Positions 1-10,155 of a stretch of 63,589 bases of DNA are shown here, piece by piece (positions within the stretch are counted from its first letter, which is position 1; the number at the start of each line of letters is the position of its first letter). Made by a program: the position numbers and the translations under genes. The stretch lies in the IMG/VR virus record IMGVR_UViG_3300026094_000847, positions 1-63,589 of that record, one strand, 5' to 3'. Origin of the DNA: a virus (taxonomy: Duplodnaviria > Caudoviricetes). The notes beneath the pieces are model-generated. The model was not told the DNA's origin and made no database searches. It worked only from the letters and a program-made list of their open reading frames with translations.

Positions 1-63
1 GTTCTAGCTTGGCTTTCTGTCTTAATTCTTTAGTTGATAATGTTGATATACCGTTAGCTGCCA

Positions 64-345
64 TCAGTTGCCTCCAAACACTCTGCCGTGCTCACCTCGT
101 ATATCAGCTGGATGTTTGGGCTCTTGCCAGCCGCCTCCTGCACGTGTGGTAACAACTGTGATATCACTGACACGTTCATCTGGTTCGTTTGCATAACCAG
201 AGTCGGTGTTACAGCCCTGTAGATCATCTATTTGATTCTTTCTGCGAGTTTCGTCATCGTAGTAAGATGACTCCGCGTCTGTGCTCTTGTGTTCTACCTT
301 GTCGATCAAGTCTAGAATGTCGCGGATAATTTCTGTGGCACGCAT
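64..345 (-). CDS. hypothetical late protein
   Basis: 93-aa ORF with GGAG RBS and a TAAATA motif (364-369, minus strand) upstream; N-terminus MRATEIIRD. Confidence 0.7.
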   Translation of the reverse strand: MRATEIIRDILDLIDKVEHKSTDAESSYYDDETRRKNQIDDLQGCNTDSGYANEPDERVSDITVVTTRAGGGWQEPKHPADIRGEHGRVFGGN

Positions 346-385
346 CTAATTCTCCTGTCTACATATTTATAATGTAAATACATGT

Positions 386-1579
386 ATGATAGATAAGAAA
401 CCTGTTCAACATCTCATTGATCAATTAAAAGAAAATGGGAAGTATAGAGTTTTTAACGATATTATTCGAGAGCGTGGCGATTTCCCCAATGCACTTTGGT
501 ATGGTCCTTACAATATCAAAAACATTGTTAATTGGTGCAGTAACGACTATCTAGGCATGGGGCAACACAAGATTGTTATAGATGCCATGCACACTGCGCT
601 GAATCAAACCGGCTCTGGCAGCGGAGGAACGCGGAACATAGGCGGGACTTCGCACTATCATGTCGCGCTAGAGCACGAACTAGCAACACTGCATCAAAAG
701 CAGAGCGCACTGTTGTTTACAAGCGCCTATGTAGCAAACGAATGGAGCCTGATTGCGCTTGCAAAAATAATACCAAACATAGAATACATATCTGATTCAA
801 AGAATCACAACTCAATGATTATGGGCATACGCCATTCAGGCGCACCCAAACAGGTTTTTGAACACAACAACCTAGAGGATCTAGAAAGCCGTGTTGCTAA
901 TTCTAGACTCAGCGGCAACACGCCTTGTATTGTGTTCGAAAGTGTATACAGCATGGACGGTGATGTTTCGCCTATGCAAGAGATCTGTGATATTGCTGAC
1001 CGTTATGAAGCCATTACGTATATAGACGAAGTTCACGCTGTTGGTCTGTATGGTGAGACCGGCGGAGGTTGGACTGAAAAACTGGGGCTACAATCCCGTG
1101 TTGACATAGTCAACGGAACCCTGGGGAAGGCATTTGGCGTCCAAGGAGGATATATCGCCGCGGACAGCGATGTCACAGATGCTATTCGACTGGTTAGTGC
1201 AGGATTTATTTTCACTACTTCAATGAGTCCTGTTACCTGCGCCGGCGCAATGGCATCTGTCAAATGGTTAAAGCAAAACAACTATATTAGGGAACAGCAT
1301 CAAGAAAGAGCGCAACGTCTAAAAGAACTGCTACAGCAGGCGGAATTGCCTGTAATGAACAGTGCAACGCATATTGTGCCTGTAATGGTAGGCAATGCCA
1401 AACGATGCAAAGCAATGAGTGACGAGTTACTGAACGAGCATAACATCTATGTTCAGCCTATTAATTCGCCAACTGTTGATGTGGGAACAGAACGATTGAG
1501 ATTTGCTCCGACGCCGTTTCATTCTGACTCAATGATGAGCGAACTGGTTTGCGCACTTCAATCGGTGTTCAAATCTTGA
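386..1579 (+). CDS. hemA: 5-aminolevulinate synthase (PLP-dependent, Shemin/C4 heme pathway)
   Basis: ALAS motifs [38 protein letters not shown] (PLP lysine), ERLRFAPTP. Confidence 0.95.
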   Translation: MIDKKPVQHLIDQLKENGKYRVFNDIIRERGDFPNALWYGPYNIKNIVNWCSNDYLGMGQHKIVIDAMHTALNQTGSGSGGTRNIGGTSHYHVALEHELATLHQKQSALLFTSAYVANEWSLIALAKIIPNIEYISDSKNHNSMIMGIRHSGAPKQVFEHNNLEDLESRVANSRLSGNTPCIVFESVYSMDGDVSPMQEICDIADRYEAITYIDEVHAVGLYGETGGGWTEKLGLQSRVDIVNGTLGKAFGVQGGYIAADSDVTDAIRLVSAGFIFTTSMSPVTCAGAMASVKWLKQNNYIREQHQERAQRLKELLQQAELPVMNSATHIVPVMVGNAKRCKAMSDELLNEHNIYVQPINSPTVDVGTERLRFAPTPFHSDSMMSELVCALQSVFKS

Positions 1580-1584
1580 TATTT

Positions 1585-1983
1585 TTATCTACCGATAATT
1601 GTTTTAATTTTTTGTGTGGTCGAATAACCTTCTAGCCTCTCAAAATATTCTATGTTCTTACAATGCTGAGCACCAACAATACGTTTACTTTTGTATTCGA
1701 TTCCGATTACCAATCTATCTGGTTGGTAGGCTTCGTAGATTTGTTCTAGCTCTCGTTCATTATCAAAGATACGAACTTCGTCGATGCCTTTGATGTTTTC
1801 TAAAAGTGCTTTTCTTTCTTCTTGACTGTTAGCAGGCCTGCTGTTTCCTTTAAGTTCTTTTACTCTACGATCACTGTCAATGCATACCAGCAGATAGTTA
1901 CTGTCTTTTCTTGCATACCCGATCAGTGCAAGATGACCTCTGTGCAGAATATCAAAAGTACCGTTAATTGCTGTCTTGGTCAT
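1585..1983 (-). CDS. cytidylyl/adenylyltransferase (RfaE domain II / TagD-like)
   Basis: NGTFDILHRGH (HxGH), DSDRRVKELKG..RP, GYSTT; start reassigned to MTKTAING. Confidence 0.85.
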   Translation of the reverse strand: MTKTAINGTFDILHRGHLALIGYARKDSNYLLVCIDSDRRVKELKGNSRPANSQEERKALLENIKGIDEVRIFDNERELEQIYEAYQPDRLVIGIEYKSKRIVGAQHCKNIEYFERLEGYSTTQKIKTIIGR

Positions 1984-2353
1984 TTTGTGTTTGGCTGTCT
2001 CCGGGAAAAATTCTATAGTTGTCTTCAACTGAATCTGGAGTGCTAACTTCAAAAATAACAGAGTTAGGAACCAGTGCTTCTAATTGATGCGGCACCATCG
2101 GCGGATTGCGCCAGATATCACCTTCCTTTAGGGTCTGTTCATGGGTGCTGCCGTCTTCTAGGTTCATTAATGTGAGTTTGAAACTGCCTGCATTTACAAA
2201 CCAACTTTCGTCTTTTTCTTTGTGAAAGTGCATTGAAAACTTTGCACCTGCACGATCGAATACTAGAAGTTTTCCGCAGTAACTATCAGTAGTAGCCCAA
2301 ATAATTTCATAGCCCCAACCTTTGTCTACTTTTCCTGATTGGCGTTCACTCAC
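1964..2353 (-). CDS. cupin-domain protein (mannose-6-phosphate isomerase/sugar isomerase-like)
   Basis: KGWGYE, SMHFHKEKDESW, PHQL, EVSTPDSVEDNYR. Confidence 0.8.
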   Translation of the reverse strand: MSERQSGKVDKGWGYEIIWATTDSYCGKLLVFDRAGAKFSMHFHKEKDESWFVNAGSFKLTLMNLEDGSTHEQTLKEGDIWRNPPMVPHQLEALVPNSVIFEVSTPDSVEDNYRIFPGDSQTQNDQDSN

Positions 2354-2940
2354 TAGCGCGACTCCTTGATTTCGTCTACTAAACCATAATCAAGAGCTTC
2401 TTGCGCACTCATAAACTTGTCTCGCTCCATGTCTTCGCGCAGTTCTTCGTAGGTTTTGCCTTTTGAATTATGTTTAACGTACACTTCAGTAAGGTACTTT
2501 TTAATTTTGATTATCTCTTCTGCATGAATCTCGATATCTGTGGCTTGACCGCTGGCACCTCCAGACGGCTGATGAATCATGTGCCGAGCGCTGGGCAACA
2601 TGTATCGTTTGCCTGCCGCACCTGCCTGTGCCAACAAAGAACCCATAGAACAAGCCTGTCCCATGACATAGGTTGCAACATCCGGTTTGATAAACTGCAT
2701 GGTATCGTAGATTGACATGCCTGCTGTTACTACTCCGCCCGGGCTATTGATAAACAAATTAATATCTTTGTCTGGGTTTTCGCTTTCAAGAAACAGCAAT
2801 TGCGACACGATCAAATTGGCCATGTTGTCTTCTACTGGTCCATTCAACATCACAATGCGCTCTTTCATCAAGCGACTGTAAATGTCGTAACTGCGTTCGC
2901 CTTTGCTGGTCTGCTCGACTACCATTGGAATAAGATTCAT
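2353..2940 (-). CDS. clpP: ATP-dependent Clp protease proteolytic subunit
   Basis: [23 protein letters not shown] (catalytic Ser), [17 protein letters not shown]. Confidence 0.97.
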   Translation of the reverse strand: MNLIPMVVEQTSKGERSYDIYSRLMKERIVMLNGPVEDNMANLIVSQLLFLESENPDKDINLFINSPGGVVTAGMSIYDTMQFIKPDVATYVMGQACSMGSLLAQAGAAGKRYMLPSARHMIHQPSGGASGQATDIEIHAEEIIKIKKYLTEVYVKHNSKGKTYEELREDMERDKFMSAQEALDYGLVDEIKESR

Positions 2941-2968
2941 TAGTTTCTCCGTTGTGTTCTAAAGTTAT

Positions 2969-2996
2969 ATTATAGCGGTTGCAAAAAAATTGTCAA
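2969..2996 (-). promoter_or_regulatory. sigma70-type promoter of clpP
   Basis: Minus strand TTGACA-N16-TATAAT upstream of clpP. Confidence 0.6.
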
Positions 2997-3047
2997 TCGT
3001 TATATAATTGTAGTCTTATGTAAAGTAAATACTCTAGTAGGAACAAA

Positions 3048-3554
3048 ATGTCAACTCTCGTACTAAACGCAGATGCACAACCGACAAACTATCTCCCGCT
3101 GTCTGTTATTGACTGGCAGGAGGCCATACGCTATATGGTTTCTGAGCGTGCTAGAGTTGTAACCTTCTATGAAGATTGGGTTGTGAGCTCTCCCAGCTGG
3201 GAAACTCCCGTTCCTGCTGTAATTATGCTCAGCGAGTATCAAAAACCAAAGAAATCGGTAAGATTATCTAAGCGTAATGTTTATCTACGCGATGAATACC
3301 AATGTCAATACTGTAGTGAGATTGTAAACGAAAAAACTGCCAGTATCGATCACGTGTTGCCTATTTCTAAAGGCGGAAAGAATCGCTGGGACAATCTTAC
3401 CACGGCCTGTAGAACCTGCAACAGCAACAAAAGCTCTAAGCTGATCAAGCCCAAGAACACACCTTACAAACCCGACTATTGGGAATTGGTTGCTAAACGC
3501 AAGGCACGAGGCTACGCAGTTCTCCATCACAGTTGGAACGAGTTTTTAGGTTGA
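3048..3554 (+). CDS. HNH endonuclease (McrA/HNH_5-like)
   Basis: LVLNAD, RDEYQCQYC, IDHVLPISKGG, NLTTACRTCN. Confidence 0.9.
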   Translation: MSTLVLNADAQPTNYLPLSVIDWQEAIRYMVSERARVVTFYEDWVVSSPSWETPVPAVIMLSEYQKPKKSVRLSKRNVYLRDEYQCQYCSEIVNEKTASIDHVLPISKGGKNRWDNLTTACRTCNSNKSSKLIKPKNTPYKPDYWELVAKRKARGYAVLHHSWNEFLG

Positions 3555-3579
3555 CAGCATTGCTTTTTGTGCTATAATT
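3551..3579 (+). promoter_or_regulatory. sigma70-type early promoter of ligase
   Basis: TTGACA-N17-TATAAT followed by AGGAGCG RBS, the same style as the array promoters. Confidence 0.75.
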
Positions 3580-3605
3580 TGGATATAGCAATTAGGAGCG
3601 TAGCA

Positions 3606-4925
3606 ATGCGAACCCAACCCATGTGGTACATTCACAATCTAGAAACCCATAACAGTCGACTAAACAAGGAAGCTATCCTCGAATCGGCTGTAGATGACAA
3701 CGTGCCAGAGTTTTTTGAAGGTCTTCGCATGGCATTAGACCCGCTGGTAACGTTTGGCGTTAAAGAAATTCCCGCGAAACACGACACAGAAGGCCAGGGG
3801 TTGAGTTGGGATAACTTTGTTGTAATGGCAGATAAATTGCAGTCTCGCGAGCTTACAGGCCACGCCGCACGTGATGCAATTGTAATACAAATGAATGTTG
3901 CTACACCGGAACAGTGGAACGATTGGTATCGCAGAATCTTACAAAAAGATCTGAAGTGTGGTGTAAGCGAAAAAACGATCAACAAAGTCGTCAAACGCAA
4001 GGGACGGCCTGAACTAGCCGTCCCTGTTTTCGAGTGCATGTTGGCACACGATGGCGCAAATCACGAAAAGAAAATTGCAGGACGCAAGATTCTAGAGCCC
4101 AAACTAGATGGTGTTCGCTGTGTTACAGTAATCGATTACGAAAAAAGATTGGTTCAGCAGTTTACCCGCAATGGCAAATTGCTCACAAACTTTGGCCACA
4201 TTACATCAGGACTAGAAAAGGTTATAGACGAGTTTGGAAGATCCTATGTAATTGATGGCGAGATCATGAGCAACAACTTTCAAGACCTTATGAAGCAGAT
4301 TCATCGCAAGAAAGATGTTCATGCAGAAGATGCTGTGCTACATGCGTTTGACATTTTGCCTTTGAGTGAATTTCAGTCGGGCAAGAGCGTGATGGCACAG
4401 CGCAAGCGTTCAAACTTTCTCAACACATTCCGTGGTGTGTTTGAAGACGCAGGTTCAGTTAAAATTGTGACTTGGGACGAAGCTGATCTCGATACAAAGG
4501 AAGGCAAAGCCAAATTGCATGAATACAATCAGTGGGCCGTCGACAACGACTTCGAAGGCATTATGATCAAAGATCCACAGGCACTCTACGAGTGCAAGCG
4601 AAGCACTAGCTGGCTAAAGATCAAACCTTTTATTGAAGTCACACTAGAAGTAGTCGACTACGAAGAAGGCACAGGACGCAACGAAGGACGCTTGGGTGCA
4701 GTTATTTGTGAAGGAACAGATGATGGAAAACAAATTCGAGTTAATGTTGGCAGTGGCTTTACGGATGCTGATCGCGATAGCTATTGGAACAGTCGTGATA
4801 GTCTTGTTGGCAACCTCATAGAAGTGAGAGCCGATGCTGTAACACAGAATCAAGACGGTACTTATAGCTTAAGATTTCCTCGATTCAAAACTTTCCGCGG
4901 ATTTGAGACAGGCGAGAAGATATAA
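3606..4925 (+). CDS. lig: ATP-dependent DNA ligase
   Basis: EPKLDGVR (KxDG), IDGEI, EGIMIKD, WLKIKP, VGSGF, SLRFPRF; start at ATG 3606 after RBS. Confidence 0.95.
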   Translation: MRTQPMWYIHNLETHNSRLNKEAILESAVDDNVPEFFEGLRMALDPLVTFGVKEIPAKHDTEGQGLSWDNFVVMADKLQSRELTGHAARDAIVIQMNVATPEQWNDWYRRILQKDLKCGVSEKTINKVVKRKGRPELAVPVFECMLAHDGANHEKKIAGRKILEPKLDGVRCVTVIDYEKRLVQQFTRNGKLLTNFGHITSGLEKVIDEFGRSYVIDGEIMSNNFQDLMKQIHRKKDVHAEDAVLHAFDILPLSEFQSGKSVMAQRKRSNFLNTFRGVFEDAGSVKIVTWDEADLDTKEGKAKLHEYNQWAVDNDFEGIMIKDPQALYECKRSTSWLKIKPFIEVTLEVVDYEEGTGRNEGRLGAVICEGTDDGKQIRVNVGSGFTDADRDSYWNSRDSLVGNLIEVRADAVTQNQDGTYSLRFPRFKTFRGFETGEKI

Positions 4926-4958
4926 TAGTTAAGAAGCGATAATATTATTTTCACTCAC

Positions 4959-5189
4959 TTGGAGTTAACGATGTTTGGACTATTTAAAAAGAAAGAACCC
5001 GAAGAAGCAATTCAATACTATACTGTAGACTTTGACAAGATCGAAACACTGGAAGAACTTAGAGAAGTAGTGCGAGGTCTTGTTTCTGCTATCTCTCCGG
5101 TCCCGCGTTCAAAATTACGTGTGCCAGAAGATAGGCTTGAAAACTACCCTGTGTTGAAGAAAATTGTAGTCAAAGAAGAGACTAAATGA
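4959..5189 (+). CDS. hypothetical protein
   Basis: ORF with GGAG RBS; real start probably at MFGLF. Confidence 0.6.
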   Translation: MELTMFGLFKKKEPEEAIQYYTVDFDKIETLEELREVVRGLVSAISPVPRSKLRVPEDRLENYPVLKKIVVKEETK

Positions 5190-5203
5190 ATATCTATTAG
5201 TAT

Positions 5204-5425
5204 ATGAAAGATTACACTAGACAATTCCCAATGGGTTGCGGCAAAAATTACACTGTTATCGACGTTTCGCACTGTAGAGAGCGGCTGAGATCAGTTGAGC
5301 ATAAAATGCTAGAATGGCTTGAGTATTATGATGATCAAAGTTGGTTTGCTTGGGAGCGGCCCGCCGATAAGATGATATTTGAAGACAAAAAAATTGCAAC
5401 AATATTCGCTTTAAGATGGACATAA
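5204..5425 (+). CDS. hypothetical protein
   Basis: 73-aa ORF ending FEDKKIATIFALRW, a C-terminus typical of small proteins in large phages. Confidence 0.6.
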   Translation: MKDYTRQFPMGCGKNYTVIDVSHCRERLRSVEHKMLEWLEYYDDQSWFAWERPADKMIFEDKKIATIFALRWT

Positions 5426-5464
5426 CGTAGTAGGCATCTTAATTTTAACTTAACGGAGTAAAAT

Positions 5465-5737
5465 ATGTTTGGAGCAATGCTAAAATCATTTAAACGTGTT
5501 AAACACGAACCAGCAAGGCCAACGATTTCAGACTATGAAAGAAATCTACTTGAAATCTGGGAAAGTCTTGACAGCGAACTCAAGGCATTTGCAAAGTCCG
5601 ACAGGCCACATATCGCTCCTCGTGGTAATAAAATTCGCTTTAATGAAAAAGGAATGGCTGAGTTGGTTAGACAACTGGATGAGATTGGGTACGAAATCCG
5701 TAAAAAGAAGGGAAATCGTAGTCAAAGAAGAAATTAA
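5465..5737 (+). CDS. hypothetical protein
   Basis: GGAG RBS plus ATG, 90 aa. Confidence 0.55.
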   Translation: MFGAMLKSFKRVKHEPARPTISDYERNLLEIWESLDSELKAFAKSDRPHIAPRGNKIRFNEKGMAELVRQLDEIGYEIRKKKGNRSQRRN

Positions 5738-5873
5738 ATGAATGTTATACTAGAATGAGTCATCTAAACATAAAGTGCTAAAAACCAAAAGAAGAAAGCA
5801 GATTTTTTTGTCAAACACATGATGGATTTAATTAATCTATTTAAATAAATGATAGTTTGTAAGGATTCACTTT

Positions 5874-6629
5874 TTGAAAATTAAAAAAACAATATTAGAT
5901 AGAATAGAATCAAAATTTTCTAACACATATGAATTACAACAGCGTTATAGAGCGCATCCCTGCTATTCTCTAATAGAAATTAAAAACTTTCTTCCTGTTG
6001 AAATAACACGAAAACTAGCCAAAGAACTAGACTATATCCCTCTTTCAGAATGTAGGAATTTTACTCGCCGCGGCTCTAACATATATGAATATAACAAGTT
6101 AGACGATACTCCAGTTGCTGACGAACTCGTACATGCCCTACATAGTTCTCAATTTATTAGCTGGTTGCAACAAGTAACTGATACTGTCGATATTATTCCA
6201 GATCCGCATCTAATCGGAGCAGGATATTCTAAAGCTTATAAAGGCGATAGTCTAAAGGTACATACAGATTTTAACTGGAACGACGAACTAAGATTGCACA
6301 GAAGATTGAATACTATTATCTTTCTCAATGAAAATTGGAAGGATGAGTACGGCGGACATTTAGAATTTTGGGACACAGAAAACGAAAACATGCTGTCTAA
6401 GATAAAGCCTGACGCTGGTAATTTACTAATTTGGAGCTATCATAACCTTGCCTATCACGGTTATCCAGAGCCTATGCATTGTCCAAAAAATGAGCCTAGA
6501 CGCAATTTTAGACTTTTCTATTATGTTAGCAATGCAAAACCAGATGACAAACATCCGCCTCATAGAAGTTTATATTGGTTTGACAAAAACACAAAAACCC
6601 CTTATGACGCATCCTGGAAAGAAAGATGA
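5874..6629 (+). CDS. 2OG-Fe(II) oxygenase
   Basis: DPHLIGAG, LKVHTDFN (HxD), GGHLEFW, YHGYP, R..FRLFYY. Confidence 0.9.
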   Translation: MKIKKTILDRIESKFSNTYELQQRYRAHPCYSLIEIKNFLPVEITRKLAKELDYIPLSECRNFTRRGSNIYEYNKLDDTPVADELVHALHSSQFISWLQQVTDTVDIIPDPHLIGAGYSKAYKGDSLKVHTDFNWNDELRLHRRLNTIIFLNENWKDEYGGHLEFWDTENENMLSKIKPDAGNLLIWSYHNLAYHGYPEPMHCPKNEPRRNFRLFYYVSNAKPDDKHPPHRSLYWFDKNTKTPYDASWKER

Positions 6630-7144
6630 AGACGCTGCATATAGATTTACCCAACTTTAATTTTAAAAATCTTAACTGGCTTGCACACGACAATGTTAGT
6701 TCGCAAGGTCGTGATGCAAAGTTCGAAGAACAAAACAGAAAATATATCGAAGCAGGTTTTACAGAATATAATTCTTTTTATTATCAAGCGTTTGATATAA
6801 CAGAAGAAATTACACAATTTGCACATGATCTTTTTCCTCGTTGTTCTATTTCTGTAATGTGTCAACCTCCAGGACAAACTCTGCCCAGTCACGAAGATAC
6901 TTTTTATAAATTTTCGAAGCTCAACGATGTTGACCCGTACAAGTGTGTAAGAGTAAATATATTTCTAGAAGATTGGCAGAGTGGACACTATTTTGAAATA
7001 AACGATACTCCTGTAGTACCGTGGGAGAGAGGGGATGCAGTTGTTATCTATAGAGACGAATTACATCTAAGCGGCAACATGGGTATGACCGAAAAATACA
7101 CTATGCAAATAACTGGAGTTGAAAGTGAACTTAAGAGGTGCTAA
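6626..7144 (+). CDS. cupin/2OG-oxygenase-like protein
   Basis: QPPGQTLPSHED (HxD), FLEDWQSGHYF, HLSGNMG. Confidence 0.6.
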   Translation: MKTLHIDLPNFNFKNLNWLAHDNVSSQGRDAKFEEQNRKYIEAGFTEYNSFYYQAFDITEEITQFAHDLFPRCSISVMCQPPGQTLPSHEDTFYKFSKLNDVDPYKCVRVNIFLEDWQSGHYFEINDTPVVPWERGDAVVIYRDELHLSGNMGMTEKYTMQITGVESELKRC

Positions 7145-7991
7145 ACCCGTACAAGATCCTGCAATTAAGACATTTATTTCGCATCTCGAGCCTTCGCACG
7201 ATTTATACAACGAAGATATACAGGAACAGTTTATAGAAAAGTTTTTCAAATGGATTAATTCTAGCGAATTAAATTCTCTAAAGGGTTTAGAAACATTTAT
7301 AAACCGTAAGCTTACAGCAGGAACAGCCCAAACATTTGACCATTTTTATTGGGCAAACAAAACAAGAAGATTTAGATTCTATAAAGGCGAATTTATGTAT
7401 CACTCTGCCTGTTTAAAAAATGGCGGAGAATTTGAATATATCGAAAATGCCGACCTAGATGTAAACGATGCGGTAATTGTTTCTGTACCTTTTTCGGATT
7501 GGGGTACACAAAGACCTATGCAGAATTTACTAGAAACTTGTGATAGTCTTGATATTCCAGTACTATTAGATTTTGCATATTATCCTTGTGCTAAAAATAT
7601 CAGTATCGATCTAGCAAAACACAAATCAATCAATACTGTGGCCTTTTCTATATCAAAAGCCTTTGCTGGAGCAGAGTTTTTACGAGTAGGCATGCGTTTA
7701 CAAAAACAGGATCGAGACGACGGCATAGATGTTTTTAATTCTGTAGAAATGGTGAGTAGAGTCGGTATTTCTATAGCCTACCAGTTGATATCAGAATTTT
7801 CAGTAGATCATAATTGGCACACATACAAAGACGTTTATAAAGGAGTGTGCGAAGAATTAGAACTAGAACCTACAGATTGCGTAATGTTTGGCCTCGGCGG
7901 AGATCGATATCAAGAATACAATAGAGGAGGTTCTGTGAATAGAGTTTGTGTATCAGATATAATCGGAGAAAAATTGAATGGCAGTAGTTAA
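7119..7991 (+). CDS. PLP-dependent aminotransferase-like (fold I) protein
   Basis: SVPFS, IPVLLDFAY (DxA), FSISKAF (PLP Lys), LRVG. Confidence 0.7.
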   Translation: MKVNLRGAKPVQDPAIKTFISHLEPSHDLYNEDIQEQFIEKFFKWINSSELNSLKGLETFINRKLTAGTAQTFDHFYWANKTRRFRFYKGEFMYHSACLKNGGEFEYIENADLDVNDAVIVSVPFSDWGTQRPMQNLLETCDSLDIPVLLDFAYYPCAKNISIDLAKHKSINTVAFSISKAFAGAEFLRVGMRLQKQDRDDGIDVFNSVEMVSRVGISIAYQLISEFSVDHNWHTYKDVYKGVCEELELEPTDCVMFGLGGDRYQEYNRGGSVNRVCVSDIIGEKLNGSS

Positions 7992-9039
7992 TAGTCACAA
8001 TGACTGGGATCCCCTTGAAGAAATATTTGTAGGGGTTGCTGATCATGCTAGAATTCCTACCGTAGACCAATCTACCCACAGTTTCGGATTCGCTGATTGC
8101 ACCCATGACGAGATTAAAGACCTAGAAGGTCCGTCACCGCAATGGGTTATAGACGAAGCAAATGAAGACCTCGACCGTCTATCAGACGATCTGCGCAAAC
8201 TAGGAGTTACTGTACGCAGACCAGAAGCAATTGATCACTCAAAGTCATTTAAATCTCCAGACTGGGAAACAACCGGCTGGTATACCTATTGCCCTCGAGA
8301 TTTACTGCTACCTTTGGACAACCTAATTATCGATTGTCCAGGAGCAATGAGAGCTAGACAGTATGAAACTCTTGCATATAGAGATTTCTTGTATGAAGTT
8401 GTAGACGGTGGCGGAGAATGGTTAGCTGCACCTCGTCCTCGCTTGCTTGACGAAAGCTATCAGCTAGATGATCTTTCTCAACCTACTCTTACAAACAAAG
8501 AGATTGTGTTCGATGCTCCTAATGTAGTTAGGTTAGGCAAAGACTTAATCTATCAAGTTTCTAATTCAGGTAACTTATGGGGTTATAAATGGCTTAAGAG
8601 TGTTTTACAGCCGAGAGGTTATAAAATACACCTAGCAGAAAAGTTTTATTCCTACTCTCATTTTGACTCTACAGTGATACCGCTTCGTCCTGGACTGGTG
8701 TTGTTTAATGGTGATAGATGTACACCCGATTGGTATCCTCCGATTTTTAAAGACTGGGACAAAATCTTTATTCCGGGCGACAAAGTAGTTGATATCGGAA
8801 GCAATTTAGAAGGCAATGTTTCTCCTTGCTCTAAGTATATCGGACTTAATATGCTCAGTGTAAACGAAGACTGTGTTATTATCGATGAAAATCAAGAATA
8901 TGTTCGCAAGGAACTTGATAAATGGGGTATAGAATCTATTGGACTTCCTATGCGCCAAGCAAGAACGCTGTCGGGCGGATTTCACTGTGTAACCCTTGAC
9001 ACAAAGCGTAAAGGAAAATTGGAAGACTATTTTGCGTGA
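7978..9039 (+). CDS. amidinotransferase (glycine/inosamine-phosphate amidinotransferase family)
   Basis: VNSHNDWDPLEEIFVG, YCPRD, FDAPN, HFDST, GGFHCVTLD (Cys-His-Asp triad). Confidence 0.92.
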   Translation: MAVVNSHNDWDPLEEIFVGVADHARIPTVDQSTHSFGFADCTHDEIKDLEGPSPQWVIDEANEDLDRLSDDLRKLGVTVRRPEAIDHSKSFKSPDWETTGWYTYCPRDLLLPLDNLIIDCPGAMRARQYETLAYRDFLYEVVDGGGEWLAAPRPRLLDESYQLDDLSQPTLTNKEIVFDAPNVVRLGKDLIYQVSNSGNLWGYKWLKSVLQPRGYKIHLAEKFYSYSHFDSTVIPLRPGLVLFNGDRCTPDWYPPIFKDWDKIFIPGDKVVDIGSNLEGNVSPCSKYIGLNMLSVNEDCVIIDENQEYVRKELDKWGIESIGLPMRQARTLSGGFHCVTLDTKRKGKLEDYFA

Positions 9040-9904
9040 CAGAGATCGAGGACACTGGATACCAAATTTAGAATGGATGATTACAACATCCTGTGACCTT
9101 GCCTGTTCGGGTTGCGATCGATTTATCGATTTCGGACATAATTGGACAGAAAGTTTTGAAGATATAAAGACCAATATGGCATTTTGGAGCCAGCACCTTG
9201 AACCAGATAACCTAACAATAATTGGCGGAGAACCGTTAATTCATCCTCGCATAGCAGATATTTGTAAAGTTGCTAGAGAAAATTTTGATCATGCACAAAT
9301 TGAAATTTTTACTAACGGATTATTGCTTCCTAAACGTCCAAAGCTAATAGACAGATTATTAAAGCTTGGCAAGACCAGGCTTTCTGTTACATATCACACA
9401 CGCGATGAATTTGTAAGATCCAAAATAGACGAAAATATTAAAAAATTTATTTTTAAAGACTATCACTGGAGACAGATTGACAATAATGCTTGGCAGTACG
9501 AAAGCCTTATATTCGAAACTACTGATCCGCCTTATGAAGGCTGGCAAGAATATCGCAGAGAAATTGCCGGAGAGCTAAAACCTTACAATGACGGCGACCC
9601 AGAAGGTAGTTATAATGCTTGTGGCGTAAATCACTTTCCTATAATTTATAACAATAGATTATACAAGTGTCCACCGATTAGTATGGTTAAAACACACTTG
9701 AAGAAATACGATAGATTAAACGATCCTGATTGGGCACCCTATTTAAAATACAAAGGCCTCGGAACAGACTTCACAGAAGAAGAACTGGCGGAGTTTGTGG
9801 ATAATGTTTTTAAACCACACGCAATTTGCGGAATGTGTCCTGTAACCCCTATCAATAATCCACAGCCAGATGCTGTTATTAAACATAAGATAGAAAAATT
9901 ATAA
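8996..9904 (+). CDS. radical SAM protein
   Basis: CDLACSGC (CxxxCxxC), GGEPLIHP, FTNG, C-terminal LYKC...CGMCP. Confidence 0.9.
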   Translation: MTQSVKENWKTILRDRDRGHWIPNLEWMITTSCDLACSGCDRFIDFGHNWTESFEDIKTNMAFWSQHLEPDNLTIIGGEPLIHPRIADICKVARENFDHAQIEIFTNGLLLPKRPKLIDRLLKLGKTRLSVTYHTRDEFVRSKIDENIKKFIFKDYHWRQIDNNAWQYESLIFETTDPPYEGWQEYRREIAGELKPYNDGDPEGSYNACGVNHFPIIYNNRLYKCPPISMVKTHLKKYDRLNDPDWAPYLKYKGLGTDFTEEELAEFVDNVFKPHAICGMCPVTPINNPQPDAVIKHKIEKL

Positions 9905-9963
9905 ACAATCTCAAACAGCTAGACTAGATTGGATACAAAATCTCGAAAAAAAGGAGAAAAATC

Positions 9964-10155
9964 GTGAAAGTCAATATAGAAATCGATCTAACACCAGACG
10001 AGGCCAAAGAACTGTTCGTTCCAAGTGATAAACAATCAGAATTTATGACTAGAACCTATGACGCCTACATTAAGGCACTAAACGGAATGTTTAGAGAACA
10101 CATTGATCCTTATAACTTTACAGGGATCAATCCCAAAGCCAACGAAAAAACTTAA
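9964..10155 (+). CDS. hypothetical protein
   Basis: GGAG RBS; MKVNIEIDLTPDEA. Confidence 0.65.
   Translation: MKVNIEIDLTPDEAKELFVPSDKQSEFMTRTYDAYIKALNGMFREHIDPYNFTGINPKANEKT

Noticed and set aside
3048-3554. HNH as a mobile homing endonuclease or intron
   Set aside because: Free-standing between intact genes; resembles the widespread McrA-like family
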